From Eledone cirrhosa (Eukaryota), in the NCBI GenBank assembly GCA_964016885.1, contig OZ024740.1, forward strand, positions 36,084,001 to 36,148,000: DNA of 64,000 bases, written 5' to 3'. Under the pieces are notes generated by a model. The model was not told the DNA's origin. It saw only the letters and a program-made list of their open reading frames with translations, and searched no databases. A program made the translations under genes and the position numbers. Every line of letters begins with the position of its first letter. The first letter of the stretch is position 1. Below, one piece after another: positions 22,775 through 35,558 of the stretch.

Positions 22775-22860
22775 CCCACGTGCTGGCCGCCCGACAGCCC
22801 CGGCGGACAGAATGGAGAAGGCGTTTCCCCCGGATGATGGTAATGGAGATGCGCTGTATT
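22775..22860 (-). mobile_element. CRE-like LINE terminal fragment
   Basis: Reverse complement similar to 20150-20225 (QRISITIIRG..FSILSAGAVGRP). Confidence 0.6.
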
Positions 22861-23177
22861 TTTAAGGTAGCTGAATCTAGTCCTGTGCTGGACCGAAAAT
22901 TATTTTTCTTTGTAAGTGAAAACTGGCCATACGTTGTTATAATGTTCACTTCACAATGGATGTGGTCTCTGATACACACTCTCTGCGTTACAATTGTGGT
23001 ATGTGTTTTCTACTATAATCTCCGATTGTCTCATGTTTTCTGTGTGAATTGGGGTAGACACAAACCGTGTTGAACACCTCTTTTCTGGGCTGTACGTGAT
23101 AAGTTAATTTTTCTCATTGGTTTCGGGTATTCACCAAAATATACAGGTGGTGATCTATTTAAACCTTTAAAATATTG

Positions 23178-23590
23178 CTTCTTCTTCTTCTTCTTCTTCT
23201 TCTTCTTCTTCTTCTTCTTCTTCTTCTTCTTCTTTTCCTTCTTTTCCTTCTTCTTCGTCTTTTCCTTCTTCTTTTTCTTCTTTTTTCCTCTTCTTTTTCT
23301 TCTTCTCCTTGTTTCTTCTTTTTTCTTCTTATACTTCTTTTTTCTTCTTCTTCTTAAACTTCTTATATTTCTTCTTCTTTTTATTATTATACATCTTCTT
23401 CTTCCTCTTCTTCTTCTTCCACTTGTTCATCACCCACATATTTCTGAGAAGGTCGTGGAGACAGTCATCAAACACACCTCTCCCAGTTTGCCCTGTCAAA
23501 AGCAATTCTTTCCAAATGATCCAGTTGTTTCCCCAAGTAAGATGGATGTTATCCAACCATCTTATTCGGGGTCTCCTGTCGCTCATATTA
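23178..23590 (-). mobile_element. RTE-like 3' end with an expanded (AAG)n tail
   Basis: RRPRIRWLDNI on the minus strand, followed by the (CTT)n tract at 23178-23420. Confidence 0.5.
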
Positions 23591-23904
23591 AACTATCAAC
23601 TAAATAATTTAGAATCGACCTACAGACAGTCTTTAGATTTATATACAATATACCCTGTTCATCTTTATATTTACATGTAATCTTTAATCAATTTAAATTT
23701 CAGAGTTATTTCCCTTGCTTTCCTCGGAAAGAAATTTTTGTTAACGCTAATGTGTTTACTTTTTTTTTTTTCTTTCAGTTTATATTGAAAGACAAAATTC
23801 ATTAGAGTTAACAAAAATATAATTTCAATTAATATAGTTTTCTGCTCACTATTGGGTATATTTGCATGCACTTTGTTATATAATTAGGTAATCAGGTAAA
23901 CAAT

Positions 23905-24045
23905 TAGCAAAGGTATTAGACTGTCAGGTAGAATGCTTTGTGGTATTTGTTCCGGCTTTCTGCATTAAGTTGAAATCCCGATGAGACCAATTATTTTTTC
24001 ATCATTGCAGGGTTGATAAACTTAGTAGCAGTCCAGAGCAGGGAA
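23905..24045 (+). mobile_element. Degenerate Meta/MESC-type SINE
   Basis: GTAGAATGCTTTGTGGTATTTGTTCCGG..GTTGAAATCCCG..TTTCATC..GGTTGATAAA; similar to 2659-2790. Confidence 0.5.
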
Positions 24046-24062
24046 TTGTCAGATTTTTATAA

Positions 24063-24308
24063 CACCACATGTGAATCATAATTAATATAGCACCAAATGT
24101 GAGTCATAATTGATATAGCACCAGATGTGAGTCATAATTGATATAGCACCAGATGTGAGTCATAATTGATATAGCACCAGATGTGAGTCATAATTGATAT
24201 AGCACCAGATGTGAGTCATAATTGATATAGCACCAGATGTGAGTCATAATTGATATAGCACCAGATGTGAGTCATAATTAATATAGCACCAGATGTGAGT
24301 CATAATTA
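24063..24308. repeat. 28-bp minisatellite, about 9 copies, containing TGAGTCA
   Basis: Unit CACCAGATGTGAGTCATAATTGATATAG. Confidence 0.95.
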
Positions 24309-24329
24309 TCTTCAATTTTAACAATATAC

Positions 24330-25517
24330 TGCATCTAATTAATTAGTAAGACTTCACATCACATTCTATTTAAATGACATGTTGCATCTAATTAATTTGT
24401 AAGACTTTGCATCTAATTAATTAATAAGACTTCACATCACCTATTTTAATAACCTATTACATCTAAGTAATTAATAAGACTTCACATTACCTATTTTAAT
24501 AACCTATTACATCTAACTAATTAATAAGTCTTCCCATTACCTATTTTAATAACCTATTACATCTAACTAATTAATAAGACTTCCCATTACCTATTTTAAT
24601 AACCTATTACATCTAACTAATTAATAAACTTCACATTACCTATTTTAATAACCTATTACATCTAACTAATTAATAAGTCTTCCCATTACCTATTTTAATA
24701 ACCTATTACATCTAACTAATTAATAAGACTTCACATTACCTATTTTAATAACCTATTACATCTAACTAATTAATAAGACTTCCCATTACCTATTTTAATA
24801 ACCTATTACATCTAACTAATTAATAAGACTTCACATTACCTATTTTAATAACCTATTACATCTAACTAATTAATAAGACTTCACATTACCTATTTTAATA
24901 ACCTATTACATCTAACTAATTAATAAGACTTCCCATTACCTATTTTAATAACCTATTACATCTAACTAATTAATAAGACTTCACATTACCTATTTTAATA
25001 ACCTATTACATCTAACTAATTAATAAGACTTCACATTACCTATTTTAATAACCTATTACATCTAACTAATTAATCAGACTTCACATTACCTATTTTAATA
25101 ACCTATTACATCTAACTAATTAATAAGACTTCCCATTACCTATTTTAATAACCTATTACATCTAACTAATTAATCAGACTTCACATTACCTATTTTAATA
25201 ACCTATTACATCTAACTAATTAATAAGACTTCCCATTACCTATTTTAATAACCTATTACATCTAACTAATTAATAAGTCTTCCCATTACCTATTTTAATA
25301 ACCTATTACATCTAACTAATTAATAAGTCTTCCCATTACCTATTTTAATAACCTATTACATCTAACTAATTAATAAGACTTCACATTACCTATTTTAATA
25401 ACCTATTACATCTAACTAATTAATAAGACTTCCCATTACCTATTTTGATAACCTATTACATCTAACTAATTAATAAGTCTTCCCATTACCTATTTTAATA
25501 ACCTATTACATCTAATT
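24330..25517. repeat. 50-bp minisatellite, about 22 copies plus decayed leading copies
   Basis: Unit TAATAAGACTTCMCATTACCTATTTTAATAACCTATTACATCTAACTAAT. Confidence 0.95.
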
Positions 25518-25623
25518 AGTAAGTCACCATCTATTTTAGAATAGAGTTCATCCTTGTGATTTCCAAAAATGTTTACATGGACTCTTAAGATTTTGCTACG
25601 CATCTTTCTCATCATTATTCTAC

Positions 25624-25810
25624 AGATTGGCAGTATTGGTATTGCATCAGACACCATGTTTTGCAGCATAGAGTTATGGCTCTTTACATTCGAGATTCAA
25701 ATCCTGTCGAGGTTAGCTTTGCCTTTCATCCTTATTGGGTCAATAAAATAAAACACCAGTAATGCACTGGGGTAATTGCTGGCATTGTGCCAAAAGTAGA
25801 AACAATTATT
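25624..25810 (+). mobile_element. Meta/MESC-type tRNA SINE
   Basis: Matches 667-856. Confidence 0.8.
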
Positions 25811-26279
25811 CTACTCTCCTTCAACAATTTTTTAATCTGCAGTGCAACAAATTTACCTTCTTTAATCTTGGCATCATTTACATGGGGAATTCTCAAGTAT
25901 TTGAATCCACTTTATGCTATATTCATTGTTTTAATAAAGTTTTACCAAAGTCCAAGCTGGATGTGCAAAAGAAGAAAGAATATTTTCTAAAAGTCAAAGT
26001 TAACAGTTCAAAATATGGTTGTTGTCTAGTCAACGCTTTTGATCATAATAGTTCTGTCGCTACTGTTCTACTCACATATAAAACAACAACAACAGTACTT
26101 GCTGTACTGTTCTAGCTACAATCCTACTGGTCTAGTGACAACCATAGCATAACCTTCAGATCTCCACAGATATTCCAAATATACACCCCAACCCCACTCC
26201 ATCTTCCCACTCCCACCAACACCACGCTTTCTCTATAAAGTTATGTTGATACCACAACATCCAGTCCTAAGTAATAAGG

Positions 26280-26530
26280 TCATGTAGGTGTCACGACAAA
26301 AAAACACAGTCCAAACTGTAATGTGGCTGTGTAGGTAACATGCTAAAAAGTTCCCAGTCCACACTGTAAATGTGGTTGGTGTTAGGAAGGGCATCCAGCC
26401 ATAGAAAACCTGCCAGATAGTCCTATATGAGCGAGACACAGTCACCCGACCAATCTTGCCACAAGTGGGACAATTCCCGTCTAACCCATACTAGCGTGGA
26501 AGATAGACATTAAACGACGATGATGATGAT
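26280..26530 (+). mobile_element. RTE LINE 3'UTR fragment
   Basis: Homologous to 57795-58050 (GGTTGGTGTTAGGAAGGGCATCCAGC..(GAT)n). Confidence 0.8.
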
Positions 26531-27532
26531 TTCTGATATTGAACCTTTCTAAAACCAAATCCCTATTGCCGTCATCCACGTTATGTGCATGACAAAGTGT
26601 CTCAATTACCTAATTAAAATCTCTATAAAACATAAGTTCTGCAGGATAACAAATCATCTGAGTTATATATAAACAAGAAGTATTACACACTGTTTACACT
26701 GTGATGTTTATAAGCAGGTTGTCTTAGAGTCTTAGAGTCACTCTACGTAGGCACTAAGATCATATCTAAAGAGATTTAAGCATGAAGACCTTCTGCTGCC
26801 CAGCTCTCCTGTGTTAACTTGCAGTCTATTACCAGTATTATCAGAACGTTTGCCCCAGTGCAATAAATTGTACTAATTTTACATTATAGTTATATTATCT
26901 ATCTATCTATCTCTGTATCTATCTATTTATCTATCTATCTATCCTGACTCCCAGATAACTCTTGAATGCTACCAGTAGCATTATAACCCAGTAAAACCTG
27001 TGTGCACCAAACCTGCTTGGTGAAGAGGGTGATCTTTTTAACACTGTGGAATGAAAAATGAAACTTGTCAAAAGGTACAGTCAACGGCCATCCAATAATG
27101 TGTATATATGTTGGTACATATACAATTTTAAAGAATCCAACCATGGGGTGGCGGTGTGACAGGCGATGTGACATCAGCAGAGGAAATAGAATTAAGTCAA
27201 TGATGGTTCATACTAGATGCTGAGTGGAAGAATGTCGTGTTAGGATCAAAAGATTTCATTAAGTGAAAGATTGCAGCATTCTTTGACAAGTAGTGTCAGA
27301 TACATGTATCAATACACAATTGGAACTCATTAATTGTATTAATATAATGTATTATGATATACTAAATGGTGGGAAAATCAGCTTAGCCAGGCAGGAAATA
27401 TTTGATTTCTTATTTAGATTTAGCAAACAGTAACAATATTAAATACTAGAAATTTCTCCATACACATCAGCATATGTGTATATGTGTGTGCGTGTGTATA
27501 TGTGCATATGCATACATTTATATGTATGAGTA

Positions 27533-29747
27533 TGTAGTGACCTACATTCCGCGGGCTCACATACATTCTCTGTGCGTGATTTGGCTCAGCTCAGCCAATC
27601 AACGCCAGTAGAAGAGGATGTATCCCTACGCGCCCGGAGGGAGAGATTCCCCGCGAAGATTTGAAGAATCTCTCTCTCGCACGGAACTTCGAATCAGCAA
27701 CACGTACAACATGTGACGGTGAGATTTTGCACTTTGGCCTGTCGGCTTTCCTTGGGCCTGGCACAATGGCACATTCCCTTTTGTAACTCATTTTATGTGT
27801 AACTTCAACCATACAAGTTAACAAACATTATTTGTGCTACAACAAAAATAAACATACATTTCATCTCTAATTTCTGCTGTTGACATCATTATTATGTTAC
27901 TCGTGTCTCAATAACATTTATATACTACGCTGCTAAAAGTGGTGACCCCGACGTGATGAATATTTTTAGTTCAAAATATTCCTTTTGAAATAAGATTAAA
28001 ATTGGCAGTGTATGTATAAAAAAAAAAAATTTACGCCACGAGGAAATTTCAAAACGGCTACCACCAAGTTACAGCCATCAGCAGCAACACATGGCTAACT
28101 ATTAACCAACACCAGGGAATGGCGATGTGGCAGCTTGTAACTTTACCGATGCAACCACCATACCTTCTGTCTCGTTACCACAAGGACTCGAGAAATTAAG
28201 ACATCAGTCTTCTCACCACTATGGCGTCAGACGTGGCTGCCATATTGGTGACTCTAGGTTCTTCAACGTTCGACTTCGACTCTACAGAAGATTCATTGTG
28301 ACTTTGCTTTAACAACAACAACAACTCTACTAGCTCCCTAGTAAGAGCGATCCCAAAGAAATTTCAAAGAAAAGAAACAATTCTTTCTTTCTTCCTTTTT
28401 TTTTCAGGCATTTATCTTGGACATTTTTTTTTTTAAATTGTATTATATGGAAATTCATTTTTTTTCTATCATTGTATATATGACTGCATCATTTTCTTTA
28501 TCATTGTATATATGACTGCACCCACACATTTATTTGCTGTTTTACATGTCTGCATATGCACACATTTCTTTGTCACCAACCAACATGCTGTTCTTAGTAT
28601 ATGTTCTTCAAACGTAATATTCTGCGAGATCCCTTTTCACCTGGTTGAGATGCCGTCACATGCTAGCGATTCATAGAGCTTAATTCACCTGGATTCAAAC
28701 AGGCACCACAACACGAGAATGCTAATTGCAGCTGAACTCAAACAGTTTCGCATCTCGTTGCACACTCATCGTCCATAGCAACCTCCATCTTGTTACCTTA
28801 CCCGACTCACTGGGAAAACAACAAATAGAACTGGACTTGTCTGCATTTCCACCACTTCTGTGGATTCGCCGGAATTATGAAATTTACACTGCAACTACTA
28901 CCCACCTACAGATTCAACTTGCTTTTTTCTTTTCAAAGCAACCAGCCATTTTCTCCTGGCTGCCCAGCACTTTCGGCAATACATCTGGGAGGCAGACATT
29001 TTCTCCCCTACCCATGATCTTCTTGCCAGCACTGGTAAACTACCATAATAGCTTCATCCACAGCTACTGGTACAACACTTACCATTAACATTTAATGCAA
29101 GAACAGCAACTTCGCCCATGTCAGACTTTATCCGTTTTCTGTTAGACCTTTGGTGGTCACGTATAAACTACAAAACAGTTAGTCATTTGACACAGCGGCT
29201 CAACACGGCCCTTAGCACCTCATTTTTTTTCTTGCATGCATCCTTCTGCTCAATTATTTTTTCATTGATGTGCTCTTTCAGCATTTTTTCTTGCTGATTC
29301 AATAATCTGTATCGTCTTTCGTCTAGAGGGGGAGTATTGTAGTGACCTACATTCCGCGGGCTCACATACATTCTCTGTGCGTGATTTGGCTCAGCTCAGC
29401 CAATCAACGCCAGTAGAAGAGGATGTATCCCTACGCGCCCGGAGGGAGAGATTCCCCGCGAAGATTTGAAGAATCTCTCTCTCTCGCACCCGGAACTTCG
29501 AATCAGCAACACGTACAATATGTGACGGTGAGATTTTGCACTTTGGCCTGTCGGCTTTCCTTGGGCCTGGCACAATGGCGCATTCCCTTTTGTAACCTCA
29601 TTTTATGTGTAACTTCAACCATACAAGTTAACAAACATTATTTGTGCTACAACAAAAATAAACATAGATTTCATCTCTAATTTTTGCTGTTGACATCATT
29701 ATTATGTTACTCGTGTCTCAATAACATTTATATACTACGCTGCTAAA
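27533..29747 (+). mobile_element. Non-autonomous Gypsy-type LTR retrotransposon (2.2 kb)
   Basis: Near-identical LTRs 27533-27937 and 29338-29747; 4-bp TSD AGTA (27529-27532, 29748-29751); PBS; PPT AGAGGGGGAG; no long internal ORF. Confidence 0.9.
27940..27957 (+). other. Primer binding site complementary to the tRNA-Trp 3' end
   Basis: TGGTGACCCCGACGTGAT, 2 nt after the 5' LTR. Confidence 0.85.
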
Positions 29748-30076
29748 AGTATATAAATATAAAGGTGCAAACACAGACACGCTTCGCCTTCATTCCTTTT
29801 ACACGCACATACATTCATGCAGGCAGCAGAAGTAAAGAGAGGGGAGTAGTATGAGGTAGTCAAACTACTCCTCTCTTTTTACATGTTGTGACAGAATCGC
29901 AGAAATTTATAAATACACTATGATATACTAAGTGGTGGGAAAATGAGCTTAGCCGGGCAGGAAACATTTGATTCCTTATTCATATTCAGCAAACAATAGC
30001 AATATTAAATATATCAGTAGTGTAGTAAATGCGTATTCCTCAAGGTGTAATTATTGACAACTGAAAGTTATTTTAA

Positions 30077-30314
30077 CCCTTTTGATACCAAACCACCTGA
30101 AACAAGCCCTGTTTCTAGGATATAAAACTGATTGTTTTAAAGTGTATTTATTTATCTTAAAACCTTACATAAATTTATGTAAACATTTTTATGTTAAAAA
30201 TACTAGCTAATAAATGAAAAAGTTGGTTATATATGATCCAAATTCTGAGTTATTTTCAAAATTATTTGAAAATCATAAGCAGTATCTATTATTAGAAATA
30301 TGGACATGAAAGGG
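30077..30314. mobile_element. piggyBac-type MITE
   Basis: TTAA-CCCTTT..AAAGGG-TTAA. Confidence 0.65.
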
Positions 30315-30835
30315 TTAAAGTTGATGTATAGATAAAAAGGATATCTTTAAATACTTGAGTACATAGATGGTTGTTGTGTACATTATTATTGAGTACGTAC
30401 ATAGTAATTGAATACATACACAGTTGTTCAGTTCATACATAGTTTTCAGTGCATACATAGTTGTTGTTCAGAGTTAATTACCTATGTGTGTGTTTGTGTG
30501 TATGTTCATGTCAGTCTGTGTATGTTTGTCTTTGTGTGTGTATGTGTATGCGCATGTCAGTCTGTGTATGTCTGTCTTTGTGTGTGTGCATGTGTGTATG
30601 TCCGTGTGTATATGTGTATGTAAAACTACTGTACTGTTTAGATGTTTATCAAGTACCTTAACTATTATTTTTATAGAAATATATAAAATAAGTAAGCTTA
30701 TTCGGTTAAGTTTACAAAAATAAACAGCACGGTAAATATAAACACATTAATTAAGTAAACAACAAAATTATGTTTATAATATAATAATATTTTTAATTTA
30801 AAAAATTGCACTATTTAATATTTTGTATATAAAAT

Positions 30836-31030
30836 TTAAAGATTTTGATTGTTAAGTAAATCAAAGTAAACATCCCTGTTCTCCTCTAATTCAGTATGTG
30901 TTCCTATTTCATGTACCTTGCCATCAACTATGACAGCTATTTTGTCAGCATTCTTAATTGTTGAAAGTCTATGGGCAACAACTAAACAGGTACGGCCTTC
31001 TCTGGCTTTATCAAGAGCTTCTTGAACAGT
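30836..31030 (-). CDS. ABCB1: ABCB1/P-glycoprotein-like ABC transporter, terminal coding exon (NBD2 H-loop)
   Basis: AG acceptor at 31031-31032; 195 nt encoding [64 protein letters not shown]; the symbol denotes the family, not proven orthology. Confidence 0.93.
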   Translation of the reverse strand, partial: TVQEALDKAREGRTCLVVAHRLSTIKNADKIAVIVDGKVHEIGTHTELEENRDVYFDLLNNQNL

Positions 31031-31146
31031 CTGGAATGGATTACAAATAGAAATAAGAAAATTACTTTCTGTAAAATCTGAAAATATATTCTCAAATTAT
31101 TGATTGACAAAAAGAATACAAGTAAACAACTAGAATAGATTTAAAA

Positions 31147-31357
31147 CCCTTTAGAATTTAAACCAGCCATATCCGGCAAGAATTCTCTCACCTCTTTATG
31201 TTCAAACCGGTCACTCATACCTATGTGAAGGTATTGATCTCAAAATAAATAATATCAAAATCTCATAGATTCGATACTATGTGAGATATTATGTGATATA
31301 AAGCCTTTACTGTGAAAATACAATAGTAAATATAGAGTAACAGTGAATGCTAAAGGG
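31147..31357. mobile_element. piggyBac-type MITE, inverted relative to 34625-34856
   Basis: CCCTTTAG..CTAAAGGG-TTAA; internal CCAGCCATATCC is the reverse complement of the motif in the 34625 copy. Confidence 0.7.
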
Positions 31358-31384
31358 TTAAACACCAAAATTACTTATATTAGA

Positions 31385-31822
31385 AGTTATTCACCAATGA
31401 TATAATCATAAATGATTTAAATTGAAAATATTGATTATTAAATATCTTTCCAACAACCCTGAGCACCATTTTTAATTCCATGTGTCTAACACCCGTGGAC
31501 ATGTCTACAAAATCAGAAAACACTACAGCTCCCATGACTTTCAGAAACATTTTTTCATTCTGAAGTTGCTGAAGCAGGGAACAAACTACCTGCATCAGTT
31601 GTTAGCTGTCCTTTAAAACTTCCATGTTTCCCGAAATTTGCCAACACTACACCTGATATTCCCCCTCCATACACACTCATGCATGTCTGTGTGTCTATCA
31701 TGACTCATACACTGTCCACTTTCCTGACATTTGTACATTATTCTATGTACTATACATGCAACTTTGATGAGTTGTAGTGCACCTGAGCATTGTACACAAT
31801 AATTTTCATTATTATTATTATT
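31385..31822 (+). mobile_element. CR1-like LINE 3' end
   Basis: SNTRGHVYKIRK..KHFF..NKLPASVVS..FK, followed by a 3'UTR and (ATT)n tail. Confidence 0.75.
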
Positions 31823-32330
31823 AATTCTAAAATTCTTAAAGACCTAATATATTCATAATTGCATACATGGTTCCGTAATTCATGTGGGAGTCGTAGAGGC
31901 ACTGTATTGATATACAGCATTTCTAGGGCCTTTTTAAACTTGGCAGATGTCGTCTCCTCTCCAGGTCTGAATACAGCAGATTTCTTCCAGAGAAATATAT
32001 AGAGTGAGAGAATAGAAGTTGAGGAAGAATCAACCCCAATATTTGACTGGTACTTTCATAATTAAGGTAGCCTTAATTATAAACACACAGAAACCACCAA
32101 TGAACAATAGAACAGTTCAACATGTAGGAGAGTGGCTTTTATGACTGCTCCATACATGCACAATCCACACATACAACATAGGAAAGATCAGGTAGAGGAG
32201 GATACATCTTTTTCGTTTTCATTTGAAAAGGTTTTTACAATTAAATATTATGATAAAATATAGTGGGTAAAAAGAAATATTTTCTTTTGTTTATTTGTCA
32301 TTTTTTACCACAATATCCACCTTTATATAT

Positions 32331-32673
32331 ATCATCATCATCATCATCAATTTTTACGTCCGCTTTTCCCTACTTGCAAGGGTGGGATGGGAACTGATTC
32401 TGGCTTGATTTCTACAGCTGGATGTCCTTCCTAACACCAACCTCATTTACAGTGAGTGCTGGGTGCTTTTTTCTGTGGCGCCTACACGACCACTTTGCAA
32501 TGGAATGATATGGACCCCAGTCTCTATCATCTCATTTCTACAGCTGAGTAAACTGGAGCAATGTGAAATAAAGTGTCTTGCTCAAAGAAACAACACATCA
32601 CCCTGTCTGACAATTGAACTCACAACCTTTCGATTGCAAAGCCAATGCTCTAACCACTAAGCCATGTGCCTCC
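32331..32673 (-). mobile_element. tRNA-CORE SINE with RTE-derived tail
   Basis: tRNA head, CORE-like TTGAGCAAGACACTTTATTTC, tail shared with the RTE 3'UTR, (GAT)n. Confidence 0.85.
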
Positions 32674-32727
<54 letters not shown>

Positions 32728-33068
32728 CACATGGCTTAGTGATTAGAGCATTGGCCTTGTAATCGAAAGGTTGTGAGTTCAATTCTCAGACCGGATGATG
32801 TGTTGTTTCCTTGAGCAAGACACTTTATTTCGCATTGCTCCAGTTTACTCAGCTGTGGCAATGAGATGATAATGACTGGGGTCCATATCATTGCACTGTA
32901 GAGTGGACATGGAGGTGCCACTGCAAAAAAGCACCCAGCCCACACTGTAAATGAGGTTGGTGTTAGGAAGGGCATCCAGCTGTAGAAATCAAGCCAGAAT
33001 CAGTTCCCATCCCTCCCTTGCAAGCAGGGAAAAGCGAACGTAAAATGAAATGATGATGAAATGATGAT
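32728..33068 (+). mobile_element. tRNA-CORE SINE with RTE-derived tail
   Basis: Inverted, head-to-head partner of 32331-32673. Confidence 0.85.
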
Positions 33069-33185
33069 ATATATATATATATATATATGAGATGTCAATA
33101 TGAATGGACCTGTTATTTTTATCTAAAGACATTTTTTCCAATTCAAACCTGCCCGTCCCCTCTATCCATCTTATTTCTCATTCTT

Positions 33186-33221
33186 TCTTCTGATGAAGGA
33201 CTAGTGTCTGAAACGTTAAGA
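33186..33221 (+). ncRNA. Minimal type I hammerhead ribozyme with canonical core
   Basis: TCTT-CTGATGA-AGGACTAGTGTCT-GAAACGT-T-AAGA; palindromic stem III. Confidence 0.8.
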
Positions 33222-33299
33222 CCCTCTTCCTGATATATCAAGCATTAACCTAATATATCCGTTCCATATACTGTACCGATTGAGTTGTTATTTCTGTTT

Positions 33300-33360
<61 letters not shown>

Positions 33361-33375
33361 TACATGTATATATAT

Positions 33376-33502
33376 AGTGGTTATATCCGCAGTAGTAGAG
33401 CACTCATTTAAGTGTTATCTCATTTAAAACGAGCTGATGATCCGTTTGAGGTGAAACAAATTGTTCTCGGAAATGGTTATTAACTGTTGTGGAACTACTT
33501 AC
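33376..33502 (+). mobile_element. PLE terminus with hammerhead (33430-33469), same family as 17331-17584
   Basis: CGAG-CTGATGA-TCCGTTTGAGGT-GAAACAAATTGT-T-CTCG; shared upstream ATATCCG.AGT.GTAGAGCACTC; flanked by (TA)n. Confidence 0.75.
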
Positions 33503-34624
33503 ATATATATATATAAGATAAAAATATAGAAAAAAATACACAAAGAGGTATGTGTTCAATTATAGGGGATAGAATACCTCCAGAATGAAAAATATATTGT
33601 CTACGAAAGGAATGGAGAATACATATCAATTAAAAGAATAAATTAAAATGTACAAACCATCCGATAATAACTATTACCTGGACATGCTCTATAGCATGTT
33701 TCGCCACAAATAAAGTGTAAATTGATACAGTTGATAGCTTATCAACAGGTGGACCAACAATATGGTCCACACTTCTAAATATATATCAGATAATTAGTAT
33801 ATACACATGGTGGAAAGAGAAAACGTGCTGTTTTTAGAGGTCTTTTGGTCCATTCACACCATGGACTATATAGCACGCGTGTTTTCTCTTTCCACCATGT
33901 TTGACGCTCTACCGATACTGCCAATCCATTGCCCTTATGTAATAATGGCAATGAAATTCTGTTATGCAAATCATTCTCCTAAACTCTCTTCTTTGTGAAA
34001 TATGACTACTGACCCCTTTGGTCAATAATATTGAGTGGTGACTAGCAACAGAGAAGTATATCAGCTAGTTAGAAGGTGGTAGTGGTGAATATGGGTAGGT
34101 CCAACATCAACCCTTGTTACACAAGGTGAGTATAAGAATGAAGTGGGTGGTAATGATAACAGGTGTGATAAACAGTGCTGGTGAATGGAAAATCAAGTGT
34201 CCTCCTATGGTATCATAAGGTAGATAAGGGGGTAGAGAGTGGACTAATAGATACACATGGTTTATCAAGGGTTTTGTGAAGCAAAACGCCCAAAGAACCA
34301 TCACAATAAAATTTATTTTAAGGGTCATTTTGCCATACTTGCAAAGATGCATATTCCTGTATGTTTTTTTAAAAAGATATGTCTTACATTTCAAATTACC
34401 TAAAACCGCTATGTAATGCTCTATGAATTATGTATTGCACATATCAAAGATATTTTCTCCAACTTTTGGAAACATTATAACTTGATTTTAGAAGATGTCT
34501 TGCATTTCCTCTGTAAACTAATTTGATGTTCAATGTACATGTTTTATTGGAAGGAAGGCGCTTCATTTGAAGAGAACACAACTGTAAAATATGATAAGGA
34601 AGATGTCATTCATTCCAATTTTAA

Positions 34625-34856
34625 CCCTTTAGCATTCATATTACTCTATATTTACTATTATATTTTCACAGTAAAGGCTTTATCTCACATAATATCTCGC
34701 ATATTATTTCACATAATATTGAATCTATGAAATTTTGATATTATTTATTTTGAGAACAATAGCTTAACATCAGTATGAGGGGCTGGTTACAGCCGGTTTC
34801 AACAGAAAAAGGTGAGAGAATTTTGGCTGGATATGGCTGGTTTGAATGTTAAAGGG
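34625..34856. mobile_element. piggyBac-type MITE
   Basis: TTAA on both sides; 14-bp TIR CCCTTTAGCATTCA / TGAATGTTAAAGGG (1 mismatch). Confidence 0.8.
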
Positions 34857-34931
34857 TTAAAACAAAACTCTACAATGAATTGTAACTATTTGTAAGAAGT
34901 GTGCAGATGAAAACAAATAAGAAAAGAGCTA

Positions 34932-35096
<165 letters not shown>

Positions 35097-35216
35097 CTAA
35101 AGATGAAATATTGAAATTAACAAATTTAAAGATATATAATTCGTAAAGCAATGAGCAATTCCTTTTCATTGACTTTTCGTTATTATCATAATGCTTCGTG
35201 AGTGTGTCTGTGTGTG

Positions 35217-35291
<75 letters not shown>

Positions 35292-35354
35292 TGGGTTCAA
35301 TTGGGGGTAACCACTGTAAGGTACCTGAATACACAGTAGTATATATAAAATATT

Positions 35355-35466
35355 TAATATAGAAATGGCTTCTACAGGACTAGAACTGTTTTATTCGAAG
35401 GAAATCATCAGGAAAGCTCTGATGATTTCCTTCGAATGAAACAGTTCTAGTCCTGTAGAAGCCATT

Positions 35467-35475
<9 letters not shown>
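35355..35475. mobile_element. Palindromic PLE terminus with hammerhead cores on both strands
   Basis: About 57-bp inverted arms; plus-strand CTGATGATTTCCTTCGAATGAAACAGTTCTAGTCCTGTAGAA. Confidence 0.75.
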
Positions 35476-35552
<77 letters not shown>

Positions 35553-35558
<6 letters not shown>

